Below, piece by piece: positions 18,251-26,851 of a DNA stretch of 35,554 bases. The stretch is from a virus (Duplodnaviria > Caudoviricetes). The translations under genes were made by a program, and so were the position numbers. How positions within the stretch are numbered: the first letter of the stretch is position 1; every line of letters begins with the position of its first letter. The notes below the pieces were generated by a model, which did not search any database, was not told the origin of the DNA, and saw only the letters and a program-made list of their open reading frames with translations. The stretch covers positions 1-35,554 of the IMG/VR virus record IMGVR_UViG_3300033417_000034; one strand, written 5' to 3'.

Positions 18251-18834
18251 CACTCTCTCTCGTTACCGCACCGGGCATAGAGCCGATCTCGCTGCAGGAA
18301 GCAAAAGATCACCTGCGCGTTACGCACGCCGTTGAAGATGCCCTCATTGACCAGTTGATCGTCGCCGCGCGCCAGCATATCGATGGGCGAGACGGCTGGC
18401 TTGGCAGGCAGTTGATAACCGCCATTTGGGATCTGACGTTGGATCGATTCCCCGCCGCCGATTACATTTCTCTGCCATTGCCGCCGGTCCAGTCTATTAC
18501 GTCCATCACCTATATCGACGACAACGGCACACAACAAACCCTGTCGTCCGCCAAGTATGTCTTGAGCGCCGGCAAGCACTGGCGCCCTCGCGCCGATCTG
18601 GCCTATGACGAGATATGGCCTACCACGCGGGATCAGCCCGGCGCCGTGACAGTGAGGATCGTTTGCGGCTACGGCAGCAACCCGGCCGACGTGCCGGCCT
18701 CGATTACGGCGGCGCTGAAGATCATGATCGGCGATCTGTACGAAAACAGGCAATCGGTTGTGATCGGGCAGTCCGTTGCGGAAATACCGAGGGCGGCAGA
18801 TGCGCTGCTCGCTCCGTATCGCGTGTGGGTCTGA
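18247..18834 (+). CDS. Head-tail connector (HK97 gp6 / phiE125 gp8-like)
   Basis: EPISLQEAKDHLRV..EDALI..LI.AAR, LPLPPVQSITSI, VPASI, LYENR, LLAPYR. Confidence 0.92.
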   Translation: MTLSLVTAPGIEPISLQEAKDHLRVTHAVEDALIDQLIVAARQHIDGRDGWLGRQLITAIWDLTLDRFPAADYISLPLPPVQSITSITYIDDNGTQQTLSSAKYVLSAGKHWRPRADLAYDEIWPTTRDQPGAVTVRIVCGYGSNPADVPASITAALKIMIGDLYENRQSVVIGQSVAEIPRAADALLAPYRVWV

Positions 18835-18836
18835 GC

Positions 18837-19166
18837 ATGCGTATCGGCACGCTGGATCATTCAATCGTTATCCAATCCGCCACGACGACGCAGGATGCGT
18901 CCGGACAGCCGATCCAAAGTTGGTTGACGTTTGCCTCTGTTTTGGCGGCACGCCGGGATGTTCGCGGTTCCGAGCGGTTCACATCCGAGCAAACGCTCGC
19001 CACGCGCACGGCGGTTTACCGCATGCGTTGGCTTTCCGGGATCAATGAAAAAATGCGCGTCGTTGATGATGGCGTCACTTACGGGGTCATGGGTATCGCT
19101 GACAACTATCGTCAGGGATGGCTGGAATTGTCGGTTGAAGCTCTCAACCCGGCGGATATCACGTAA
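18837..19166 (+). CDS. Head closure protein (SPP1 gp16-like)
   Basis: MRIGTLDHSI.IQ, QDASGQPI..W, MRW..GI...MRV. Confidence 0.88.
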   Translation: MRIGTLDHSIVIQSATTTQDASGQPIQSWLTFASVLAARRDVRGSERFTSEQTLATRTAVYRMRWLSGINEKMRVVDDGVTYGVMGIADNYRQGWLELSVEALNPADIT

Positions 19167-19573
19167 TGACGGTCGAGGCTGAATTACGCGCCCGGCTTGT
19201 GGCGAATGGCGCGGTCAATGGGCTGGTCGGAACGCGTATCTATCCGTTGATGGCGCCGCAGAACCCGACGAAACCATACGTGACGTTTCAGCGGATATCC
19301 GGCCCGCGTTTGCAGGCGCTGGGCGGTGCGGCCGGTTTCGGCATGGCCCGCATTCAATACGATTCGTGGGCGGATACTTACACGACTGCTCAGGCCCTGG
19401 CCGCTGCGATCCGTAATTCGTTCAACGGCTTTATCGGCAAGTTGTCGGATGGAAATTCGCCGGCATCGCTGCGCACCGTCGTTGTCCGGCTCGACAACGA
19501 GCGCGATCTGTTCGAGGAAGATACCGAACTGTTCCGCGTGACCCAGGATTATCGACTTACCCATTCGGAGTGA
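19166..19573 (+). CDS. Tail terminator (DUF3168-like)
   Basis: LVGTRIYP..APQ...PYVTFQRISG, RIQYDSWA. Confidence 0.85.
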   Translation: MTVEAELRARLVANGAVNGLVGTRIYPLMAPQNPTKPYVTFQRISGPRLQALGGAAGFGMARIQYDSWADTYTTAQALAAAIRNSFNGFIGKLSDGNSPASLRTVVVRLDNERDLFEEDTELFRVTQDYRLTHSE

Positions 19574-19577
19574 TCCC

Positions 19578-19910
19578 ATGGCCCTTTATTTCGTATCGTC
19601 CACCGGCACACCGCCGGAGACCGTGCTGCTGATCCGTGCAAAGAACGGGCACCGTGCGCTGGAATTATCCGGCCTGGACGGCGCTAACATTTCGCGCGTC
19701 AGCGAGGATGGGCCGGAAGGCGTGATCACGGCGAATGGTTCCGTGATGGGTGCGTCCGATCCGGCGGCGACAGACCAAGCGGAGCCGGAGAAAAGCGCGC
19801 CGCGCGAGGTCGATATAACCACGCTCGCCGACAAAGGCCGCCGCCGCTACCGCAATCTCGACACCGGCACGGAGCGCACCGAAAAGCGGACGCCCATTAC
19901 CCGCACCTGA
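19578..19910 (+). CDS. Hypothetical protein
   Basis: ORF with GGAG RBS between the tail terminator and tail tube genes. Confidence 0.55.
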   Translation: MALYFVSSTGTPPETVLLIRAKNGHRALELSGLDGANISRVSEDGPEGVITANGSVMGASDPAATDQAEPEKSAPREVDITTLADKGRRRYRNLDTGTERTEKRTPITRT

Positions 19911-19962
19911 ATTCCCGCAAGGGAACGGCCACAGAAATCAGCGTCTGGCCAGCGCTTTGATC

Positions 19963-19997
19963 GCAACGCAGTGATGCGTCGCAGCCCTTAGATGGAG
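19963..19997 (+). promoter_or_regulatory. GUGA-loop hairpin plus CCTTAGATGGAG element upstream of the tail tube gene (copy 2)
   Basis: GC-A-ACGCA GTGA TGCGT-C-GC, then CCTTAGATGGAG identical to the copy at 5565-5576. Confidence 0.65.
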
Positions 19998-20007
19998 GCC
20001 CTTGAAA

Positions 20008-20424
20008 ATGAGTGTCTATGTAGCCGATGGCACAACCATTGCCCGCAGCAATGAGGACTCGCCGCTCACCTACACCAATTTTCCGCAAGTCGTCAGCATC
20101 GGGACGGTTGGTCAGGATCGCGGCCTGATCGACATCACGAACCTATCCAGCACCGCCCGAGAGTACAAGAAAGCGATCAAGGACGGCCAAGAAATCGAGG
20201 TCGTCATGCAGTACGATCCGGACGACACCACGCAGGCGGCCCTCAAGACGGACAAAGATTCCGAGGATGCCCGCAGCTACCGCGTCACCTTGTCGGACAG
20301 TCCGGCCCAGACCATCACCTTCAATGCGCTGGTGACCAACTGGTCTATCACGGATATCGCGATCGACAACGTGCTCGGGCTGCGCTGCGTGTTGAAGCCC
20401 AGTGGCGACCTCGTTTTTGCATGA
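20008..20424 (+). CDS. Major tail tube protein
   Basis: IDITNLSSTAREY....KDG, TFNALV, LKPSG. GGAGG RBS and expected position. Confidence 0.88.
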   Translation: MSVYVADGTTIARSNEDSPLTYTNFPQVVSIGTVGQDRGLIDITNLSSTAREYKKAIKDGQEIEVVMQYDPDDTTQAALKTDKDSEDARSYRVTLSDSPAQTITFNALVTNWSITDIAIDNVLGLRCVLKPSGDLVFA

Positions 20425-20529
20425 GTTAACTGAAACGATGCGTGCCAGACGAGTCGCAAGGGCCGCGTCGATCAGCGCTTAGAGCAACAGCATCGCCGCG
20501 AGGCGCTTCATTCTAAAGAAAGATCAATC

Positions 20530-20982
20530 ATGGCAAAGAAAGCACTGCTGACTCGTGACGCCATCATGGAGGCGCGGGATATTCCCGACGAGATAGTCCC
20601 GGTTCCTGAATGGGGCGGTTCCGTCCGCGTCGTCGGCATGACGGCGAAGGAGCGCGGAGAGTATGAATCGGCCTTCATGATGGAGGTTAAGGGGCGCCGT
20701 GGCGAACCGGAGTTGAAGCGGAATCGGGCCGCGATCAAACAGGTTCGCGAGCGCCTTGTCGTTCATACGGTCGTCGACGAGAACGGCAATCGCCTGTTCA
20801 CGGATGAAGACGTGGCGGCATTGTCGAAAAAATCGGCTGCGGCCATGGAGCGCATCGTCACCGTGGCGCAACGGTTGTCCGGGCTTACCCAAGGCGATAT
20901 CGAGGAACTGGAAAAAAACTTCGCAGCGACGGACGCCGAAGATTCTGCTTCCGTCTCGCCCTCGCCCTCGGACGAACAGTAG
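20530..20982 (+). CDS. Tail assembly chaperone (gpG-like)
   Basis: VPVPEWGGSVRV.GMT..ER..YE, VDENGNRLFT.EDV..L..KS, EELEKN. Confidence 0.9.
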   Translation: MAKKALLTRDAIMEARDIPDEIVPVPEWGGSVRVVGMTAKERGEYESAFMMEVKGRRGEPELKRNRAAIKQVRERLVVHTVVDENGNRLFTDEDVAALSKKSAAAMERIVTVAQRLSGLTQGDIEELEKNFAATDAEDSASVSPSPSDEQ

Positions 20983-21302
20983 CCGAACTTGAAGACACGA
21001 TCTCCGAGCGCGAACTGAACGAATGGATGATCTACACGACCATTGAGCCGTTCGGAGAGGAAGCCGCTTTCTACCGTGCCGGTATCGTCGCCTCTACCAT
21101 CGCCAACGTTCATCGTGACCAGAAGAAGCGCAGAGAACCATTCGCGCCAACCGACTTCATGCCCAGGCCGGTCAGCGAGCAACGCGGTGGTTTGAAGGAA
21201 GTCCCGGAAGGGCTCGATCCCAGGCGGGTCAAGGCAGAGTTGTTCGCCGCGTTCGGAAATCGGATCAAGCGGAAGGGCAAGAGCGATGGTGGGCAAGGTT
21301 GA
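20530..21302 (+). CDS. Tail assembly chaperone gpGT-like product via -1 frameshift at A AAA AAC (20913-20919)
   Basis: Canonical slippery heptamer. The -1 frame reads LRSDGRRRFCFRLALALGRTVAELE...ELNEWMIY..IEPFG and continues into ORF 21027-21302. Confidence 0.88.
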
Positions 21303-21711
21303 ATTCTCGATCAAAGGCGCCAGGGAAATGGAGGTGCTGTTGAAGAAGCTTGGACCTGTACTTGCCTCGAAGGTCGGGGATCAGGCGTTGCGCGCTGGCG
21401 CCAAGGTGATCGTCGCAGAAGCTAAGAGGCTGGTCCCTGTGCGAACCGGCAAGCTTAGGGACAGCATCGCCATCAAGGTTGAGAGCAAACGCAAGTTCGG
21501 CGTTCCAGCGCGTCTTGTGCTGATTGGATTCGAGCGGCCGACCAGCTTCAGGGCTCACTTTGTGGAGTTCGGCACATCGCATTCCGCCGCCAAGCCGTTC
21601 ATGCGCCCGGCGATGGATGCCAAGGCTGGCGAGGCGCTGGAAGAAATGGGCCGGGTGCTGGCGCGGGGGCTCGCGCGGGAAGCCGCAAAACTGGCTAAGC
21701 CGGGCCGCTAA
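21286..21711 (+). CDS. HK97 gp10-like tail completion protein
   Basis: ALRAGAK.I..EAK..VPVRTGKLRDSI, HFVEFGT, AKPFMRPA. Confidence 0.9.
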   Translation: MVGKVEFSIKGAREMEVLLKKLGPVLASKVGDQALRAGAKVIVAEAKRLVPVRTGKLRDSIAIKVESKRKFGVPARLVLIGFERPTSFRAHFVEFGTSHSAAKPFMRPAMDAKAGEALEEMGRVLARGLAREAAKLAKPGR

Positions 21712-21748
21712 AGATTGTGTCATGAATTTCAATAGAGGCCGTTAGCTT

Positions 21749-23968
21749 ATGGCAACAATCGGTTCTCTCACGGCCAGCATGTCACTGGAATCAGCGGCAT
21801 TCCAGCGCGATCTTGGAGCGGTCACGCGCGCGATAAATTCGCAGACGGCACAGCAGCGCCGTGCCATGCAGCGGGTTGAGCAGGCTGCGCGACGGGTGCA
21901 GCGCCAGTTCAGCCAGCTTCGCGGTGCCGTCGCCGCGCTGGCCGGTGCGTTTGCCGTGCGTCAGTTCGCCAAATTCGCGCAGGCAGCTATCGACACCGGC
22001 GATGCCATTGCCAAGCAATCGAAGCAGCTTCAAATATCTACCGAGGCGTTCCAAAGATTCAGGATCGAAGGCGATCTGGCGGGCGTCTCGACAGAGAAGG
22101 TTGGAAGCGGCCTTGGCGCGTTCACGAAGCGCGTCGGTGAATTGCGGGCCGGCACGGGCACGCTCATAACGATCCTCGACAAGTCCAATAAGGCATTGAA
22201 AACCCAATTGCTCGCGGCCGGAAGCACGGAAGAGGGCTTTCGGATCATGCTGGACGCCATCAACAATGCCGGGTCCGCCTTCGACAAGCAGGCGTTGTCC
22301 GCAGCCGCGTTCGGGCGGCAGGCCGGGCAGGCGATGGTCCTGTTGGCGGAAGAGGCCGGTAAGCTCGATCCTAGAATGGTGGCGCTGGTCACGCGCAGTG
22401 ACGAAATGCTCGCCGCGTCCGAACATCTTGGCGATCAACTCACCCTGTTGAGGGCCGCGTTCTCCAAGGGTTTCGATAGCGCGATCATCGATGGACTCAC
22501 GGGCTCGGTCGAGGCCAGTGTCGAGTCGATGGAAGAAGCGGGCCGTATCGGCAAGGAGTTTGGCCAGGCAGTCGGCGCCGCCATGCGCGGTGTTGCTGCG
22601 GCGGCCCGGTTTGTGGCCGATAACATGCGGCTGATCGGCACGGCTATCGTGACGCTGATCGCGTTGAAGGCCGCCAGCTTCTTTGTTGGCCTTGCTCTCG
22701 CAATTGTGCATTTTACCACTGCGACCCTTGCCGCCGCCCGCGCTACGAATCTGCTCAATGCAATACTCAGTAGATCAGTGCTGGGCGTGGTCGCCAAGCT
22801 CGCCATCACGCTCGGAGCCGCCGCCCTGACATGGGAGGCGTTCGGAGATGAAGCGCTCGCGGCGACAGATGCAATTGAGGCTGCAACAAAAAATCTCTTC
22901 GGCACGCTGACATCAGGCGCCGGCGATGCTACGGATGCACTCAATACCACCACGTCGTCTCTCGCTCAGCAATTCTCGGAAGTCAACGGCCTTCGTCTGG
23001 CGACAGAACAGGGCGCAGACGCCGTGCGCCGTCATACTATCGAGTTGGAGACACACAAGGCTCTCATCGACTCCGAATTGATCCCGACGACACAGACGCT
23101 CATCGAGACGCAGAAGCTTCTTTCGAAGACGGGCGATGAGCGAGTCCTGTCAATCCTCGCCATTGTCGAGGCGACGGAACGGCAGAGGAATGCAATTCAA
23201 TCTCTGGCAGAAGCCGAGTCGCTGCTGCAATCCGTGCAAACGGGTCATGAAGAACGGGTTGAGTTGCAGCAACGTCTGAACGAATTGGTGGAGCAAGGCG
23301 CGCTCACGCAAGCCCAGGCGACAATGATCTGGTTCCGCACCTTGGAACGCGCGAAACAAACATTGTCCGATGTTGGCAACGAGACGCGGCGGGCCAAGGA
23401 CTTCGCGCGCGACTTCGGCCTTACCATGTCGTCCGCCTTCGAGGACGCAATAGTTAGCGGCAAGGGACTGCGTGAGACGCTGCGCGGCCTGGAACAGGAT
23501 ATCCTGCGCATCCTCACGCGCTCGATCATCACCGAACCGGCCGGAAACCTGTTCTCAGACTTCATCGGCAAGGCGGTCGGTTCGCTCGGCAGCATGTTCG
23601 GCGGCGCACCTATGACGCCTAGCGGCTTCGCGCAGGGTGGCGGCAGTTCATTCGCCAGTGGCGGTTCATTTATGGTGGGCGGTGCGGGCGGCACGGATAG
23701 CCAGCCCGTGAATTTCTGGGCAACGCCCGGCGAGCGCGTGACTATCGAGACGCCCGGACAACAGGCGCGCGGCGGCGTGCAAGTAACGATCATCAACAAT
23801 GCCGGTGCCGAGGTCGGCGTGCGCGAATCGTCCACGACGGGCGGCGGCGTATCCCTGGAGGTCACTCTCGACAAGGCGGTTGCCCGTCAGGTGCGCAGGC
23901 CGGGCAGCGATACGGCGGCTGCGCTATCCGAGACTTTCGGCGCGCGCCGCGCCCTGGCGTTGAGATAG
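21749..23968 (+). CDS. Tape measure protein (739 aa)
   Basis: MATIGSL start, helical Ala-rich body, C-terminal FASGGSF.VGG.GGTDSQ..F.ATPGERV. Confidence 0.93.
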   Translation: MATIGSLTASMSLESAAFQRDLGAVTRAINSQTAQQRRAMQRVEQAARRVQRQFSQLRGAVAALAGAFAVRQFAKFAQAAIDTGDAIAKQSKQLQISTEAFQRFRIEGDLAGVSTEKVGSGLGAFTKRVGELRAGTGTLITILDKSNKALKTQLLAAGSTEEGFRIMLDAINNAGSAFDKQALSAAAFGRQAGQAMVLLAEEAGKLDPRMVALVTRSDEMLAASEHLGDQLTLLRAAFSKGFDSAIIDGLTGSVEASVESMEEAGRIGKEFGQAVGAAMRGVAAAARFVADNMRLIGTAIVTLIALKAASFFVGLALAIVHFTTATLAAARATNLLNAILSRSVLGVVAKLAITLGAAALTWEAFGDEALAATDAIEAATKNLFGTLTSGAGDATDALNTTTSSLAQQFSEVNGLRLATEQGADAVRRHTIELETHKALIDSELIPTTQTLIETQKLLSKTGDERVLSILAIVEATERQRNAIQSLAEAESLLQSVQTGHEERVELQQRLNELVEQGALTQAQATMIWFRTLERAKQTLSDVGNETRRAKDFARDFGLTMSSAFEDAIVSGKGLRETLRGLEQDILRILTRSIITEPAGNLFSDFIGKAVGSLGSMFGGAPMTPSGFAQGGGSSFASGGSFMVGGAGGTDSQPVNFWATPGERVTIETPGQQARGGVQVTIINNAGAEVGVRESSTTGGGVSLEVTLDKAVARQVRRPGSDTAAALSETFGARRALALR

Positions 23969-23971
23969 AAC

Positions 23972-24331
23972 ATGGCCGCGTGGCCGGTAAGCTTGCCGCA
24001 ATCGCCGCTCGTGAACGGTTACAGCGAACAGATGCGCAAGATGGGTCTGCGTTCATCGATGGACGCAGGCCCGGCAAAACAGCGCCGCCGCTTTACATCC
24101 GCAGTCATCCCGATTGGCGTGCGCATGGCGCTCACCAACGCTCAGGTTGAGACGCTGGTTACATTCTGGGATACGACGACAAGCGGTGGTGTCCTGTCGT
24201 TTACCTGGCTACACCCGCGCACCGGATCAGCCGTCACGATGCGATTCATCGCCGATCAGCCGCCCGATATCCAGCCGCTCGATTCGGAGGATTTGTACTC
24301 CGTCAGCTTCCCGCTGGAAATTCTGCCTTAA
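23972..24331 (+). CDS. Distal tail protein (lambda gpM-like)
   Basis: WP.SLPQ, RSSMDAGPAKQRRRFT, F.W.HPRTG, directly after the tape measure gene. Confidence 0.8.
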   Translation: MAAWPVSLPQSPLVNGYSEQMRKMGLRSSMDAGPAKQRRRFTSAVIPIGVRMALTNAQVETLVTFWDTTTSGGVLSFTWLHPRTGSAVTMRFIADQPPDIQPLDSEDLYSVSFPLEILP

Positions 24332-24352
24332 CTCTGAAGAAGGACTTACACC

Positions 24353-24811
24353 ATGGCCGTGACCATCACGTTCTATAACCATACCCGAAAGCTGTTTGCC
24401 AACGGCGAAGTCAACCTCGCCAACCTTAAGTTGATGTTGCTTGATCTCGGCCTAACATCGCCAGCGGCGGTTTTCGATGCCACGGACACTACCATCGACG
24501 CATTAAGTGCGAATGAAGTAGACGGCGGCGGCTGGACGACCGGCGGCGAGGCGCTTGCCAGCGCCGCTGTCACGGTGGTCAACACCAATGAAGCCAAGCT
24601 TGACGCCGCGGATATCTCTGTCACGGCGACTGGCGTAGCCATCGGCCCGGCGACGCATGGCGTGATCTACGACGATGACCAGAGTTCGCCGGCAGTCAAG
24701 AACTTGCTTTTCTTCGTCGACTTCGACGGTGCCAAGACGGCGGATGTAGGTGCGGACTTCGACGTTACCTTCGACGCCAATGGCATCCATCTGTGGAGCG
24801 CGCCGGCGTAA
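24353..24811 (+). CDS. Small beta-rich virion structural protein
   Basis: GAAGGA RBS. NEV.GGGWT.GG..L, LDAAD, VIYDD, DFDG pattern seen in phage tail-region proteins. Confidence 0.7.
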   Translation: MAVTITFYNHTRKLFANGEVNLANLKLMLLDLGLTSPAAVFDATDTTIDALSANEVDGGGWTTGGEALASAAVTVVNTNEAKLDAADISVTATGVAIGPATHGVIYDDDQSSPAVKNLLFFVDFDGAKTADVGADFDVTFDANGIHLWSAPA

Positions 24812-24826
24812 GAGAGGATTTGAATC

Positions 24827-26848
24827 GTGCCACGGTTCAATCAACCGCCGGCGGCGGAGGCGGAACAGATTCTCCGCCGCTATATCATGCCGCTGGCGGA
24901 CCCGGCGGCGGCGGATGCAGACGCGGACCTGTGGGCGGACCTGGGCCGGATCATCCCATCCTCGATTAACGTTAAGGAGGAACACGGCGCGGTCGGCGAC
25001 GGTGTGGCCGACGACACTGCGGCGCTGATCAGCCTGCGGACGGCGCTGCTGGCAGCGCCGGAGAAGCACCACACGGTCATCTTCCCGCCGGGCCATTACA
25101 TCTACGACAACAACCGCTGGCTGCTCGGCGTCGGCTCGGTCACCATCCTGATGGACGGGGCGCAGCTGCAAAACGTCAGCAACGACGCCTGGGATGCGAA
25201 CAAGCGGTTTTTGAACACCTACGATTTCTGGGACGACAGCGGCGATGTGCCGGTTTCAGCAACGCGAACGCTGCACAATGGATATATCATCGGAGATTCG
25301 GCGATTGGCGATCTCACAATCCCGATGGATACCAGCGGCGAGGAAGATAATTTCTCTATCGGGAACCGGGTTTTGCTCGCCGGGTTCAACCAGCAGGACG
25401 GCGGCTATCCGCCTAATCAGAGGTTTTACCAATGGAACGTGGTCGCCGGCATCGGCGATGGCACGCTGACCTTCGTCTATCCCCTGATTTATGACTTCCG
25501 GTCGTCGGACTGGAAGGATTTTTCAATTTCGATATTCAGCACCACGCTGGAATACGGCAAGGCGCGGGTGATGAACCTGGACCGCGCCAATTGGACCTAT
25601 CCGCGCCTGATCGAGTTCGTCGGCGGCGAGATATTGCAAAATCCGAATTCGACGGCGGACGCCATCATCATCGCAGCGGATACGCTGGTTTTTCGCCAGG
25701 TCAAGTCGAATATCATCACGACCCCGGCCTTTAACCGGAATTTCCTGGCTGACGAATGCGTGTTCCATCATCCGTCCGGCCCGGATGTTAATTCATTCAC
25801 GCCCGACAAATATTGCGACCTGATCGACGTGCGCCGAAGCAAGCTGTTGGGGCCATGCACCGAATCGCCCGGCACGGGGCTGTTGCGGTTCTCCGAATGC
25901 GACCTTCTGAACTTCACCATCAAGGCCGGTCCGAAGCGGCTGATCATGGAGCGGAATCACATTAAGCCGCCGGCCGGGACGCAGTTCGGCGTCGTCCAGT
26001 CCAAGGAAGCATGGCCGGTCGAACTGCTCATCTTCGAGGATAACGTCATCAGCCACGATGGCGCCCTGCTGCATGTTCTCAATACGGATATCGAGCACAC
26101 CTTCACGGTCGGTTCCGTTGGGGCCAACAATGAGATTGAGGTTGCCGACAGCGGGACGATCATTTCTACCACGATTGCCAAGATCACCATCGGCTCGCAC
26201 CTCTACGCCACCGATTTCAGCGACAGCGGGATTGTCTCTAACATATCCTATAGCGATGAATCTCCAAGTGTGTGGCGCATCTCAGGCACGTGGAAGGGCA
26301 CGCCGAGCGGCACCTGGGCGTTCTACGATCTGCTCCGCTACGAGGAACGGGGCACGGTTTTCTATGGCGGCAAGCGGTTCATCGACCGGCAGGCCCGGCC
26401 GCAGCAGATGGCGAGCTGCCAGGAACGCGGGCCGGTCATCTTGAAGATCGGCGACGTGGACCAGGCGCTCGACTGGACCGCCAAGTTCCACCGCCGCGAA
26501 GTGGCCATGGGAATCGTCAAGAAGATTTCCGTCTCCATCCAGAAAGAGTACACGGGATCGACGGAAACGGCCTTTCTCGGGATCGCGCTTTGGAAAACAA
26601 GCGGGCGAACGGACTACGTTAAGATGGATTTGCTCGCCGTCGGATACGCGGAGACGCGGCTGGACGGAACCTACAGCAGCCCGGCGGCGGCGACATTGGT
26701 ACAGCTTCCGGTGAACACCCCGATCAAGGATTTGACGATCAGCTACACGCACACCGGCGCCAGCAACGGCGACGTGCTGGCCTACGCGGACCCGACCGAG
26801 CGGCCGAAGTTCGCCGTGCAATTCGAGATGGAACCGTTGGAGGGGTGA
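24827..26848 (+). CDS. Tailspike-like protein with pectate-lyase-3-type beta-helix N-cap
   Basis: INVKEEHGAVGDGVADDTAAL....VIFPPGHY. GAGGA RBS before GTG. Confidence 0.75.
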   Translation: MPRFNQPPAAEAEQILRRYIMPLADPAAADADADLWADLGRIIPSSINVKEEHGAVGDGVADDTAALISLRTALLAAPEKHHTVIFPPGHYIYDNNRWLLGVGSVTILMDGAQLQNVSNDAWDANKRFLNTYDFWDDSGDVPVSATRTLHNGYIIGDSAIGDLTIPMDTSGEEDNFSIGNRVLLAGFNQQDGGYPPNQRFYQWNVVAGIGDGTLTFVYPLIYDFRSSDWKDFSISIFSTTLEYGKARVMNLDRANWTYPRLIEFVGGEILQNPNSTADAIIIAADTLVFRQVKSNIITTPAFNRNFLADECVFHHPSGPDVNSFTPDKYCDLIDVRRSKLLGPCTESPGTGLLRFSECDLLNFTIKAGPKRLIMERNHIKPPAGTQFGVVQSKEAWPVELLIFEDNVISHDGALLHVLNTDIEHTFTVGSVGANNEIEVADSGTIISTTIAKITIGSHLYATDFSDSGIVSNISYSDESPSVWRISGTWKGTPSGTWAFYDLLRYEERGTVFYGGKRFIDRQARPQQMASCQERGPVILKIGDVDQALDWTAKFHRREVAMGIVKKISVSIQKEYTGSTETAFLGIALWKTSGRTDYVKMDLLAVGYAETRLDGTYSSPAAATLVQLPVNTPIKDLTISYTHTGASNGDVLAYADPTERPKFAVQFEMEPLEG

Positions 26849-26851
26849 TCC

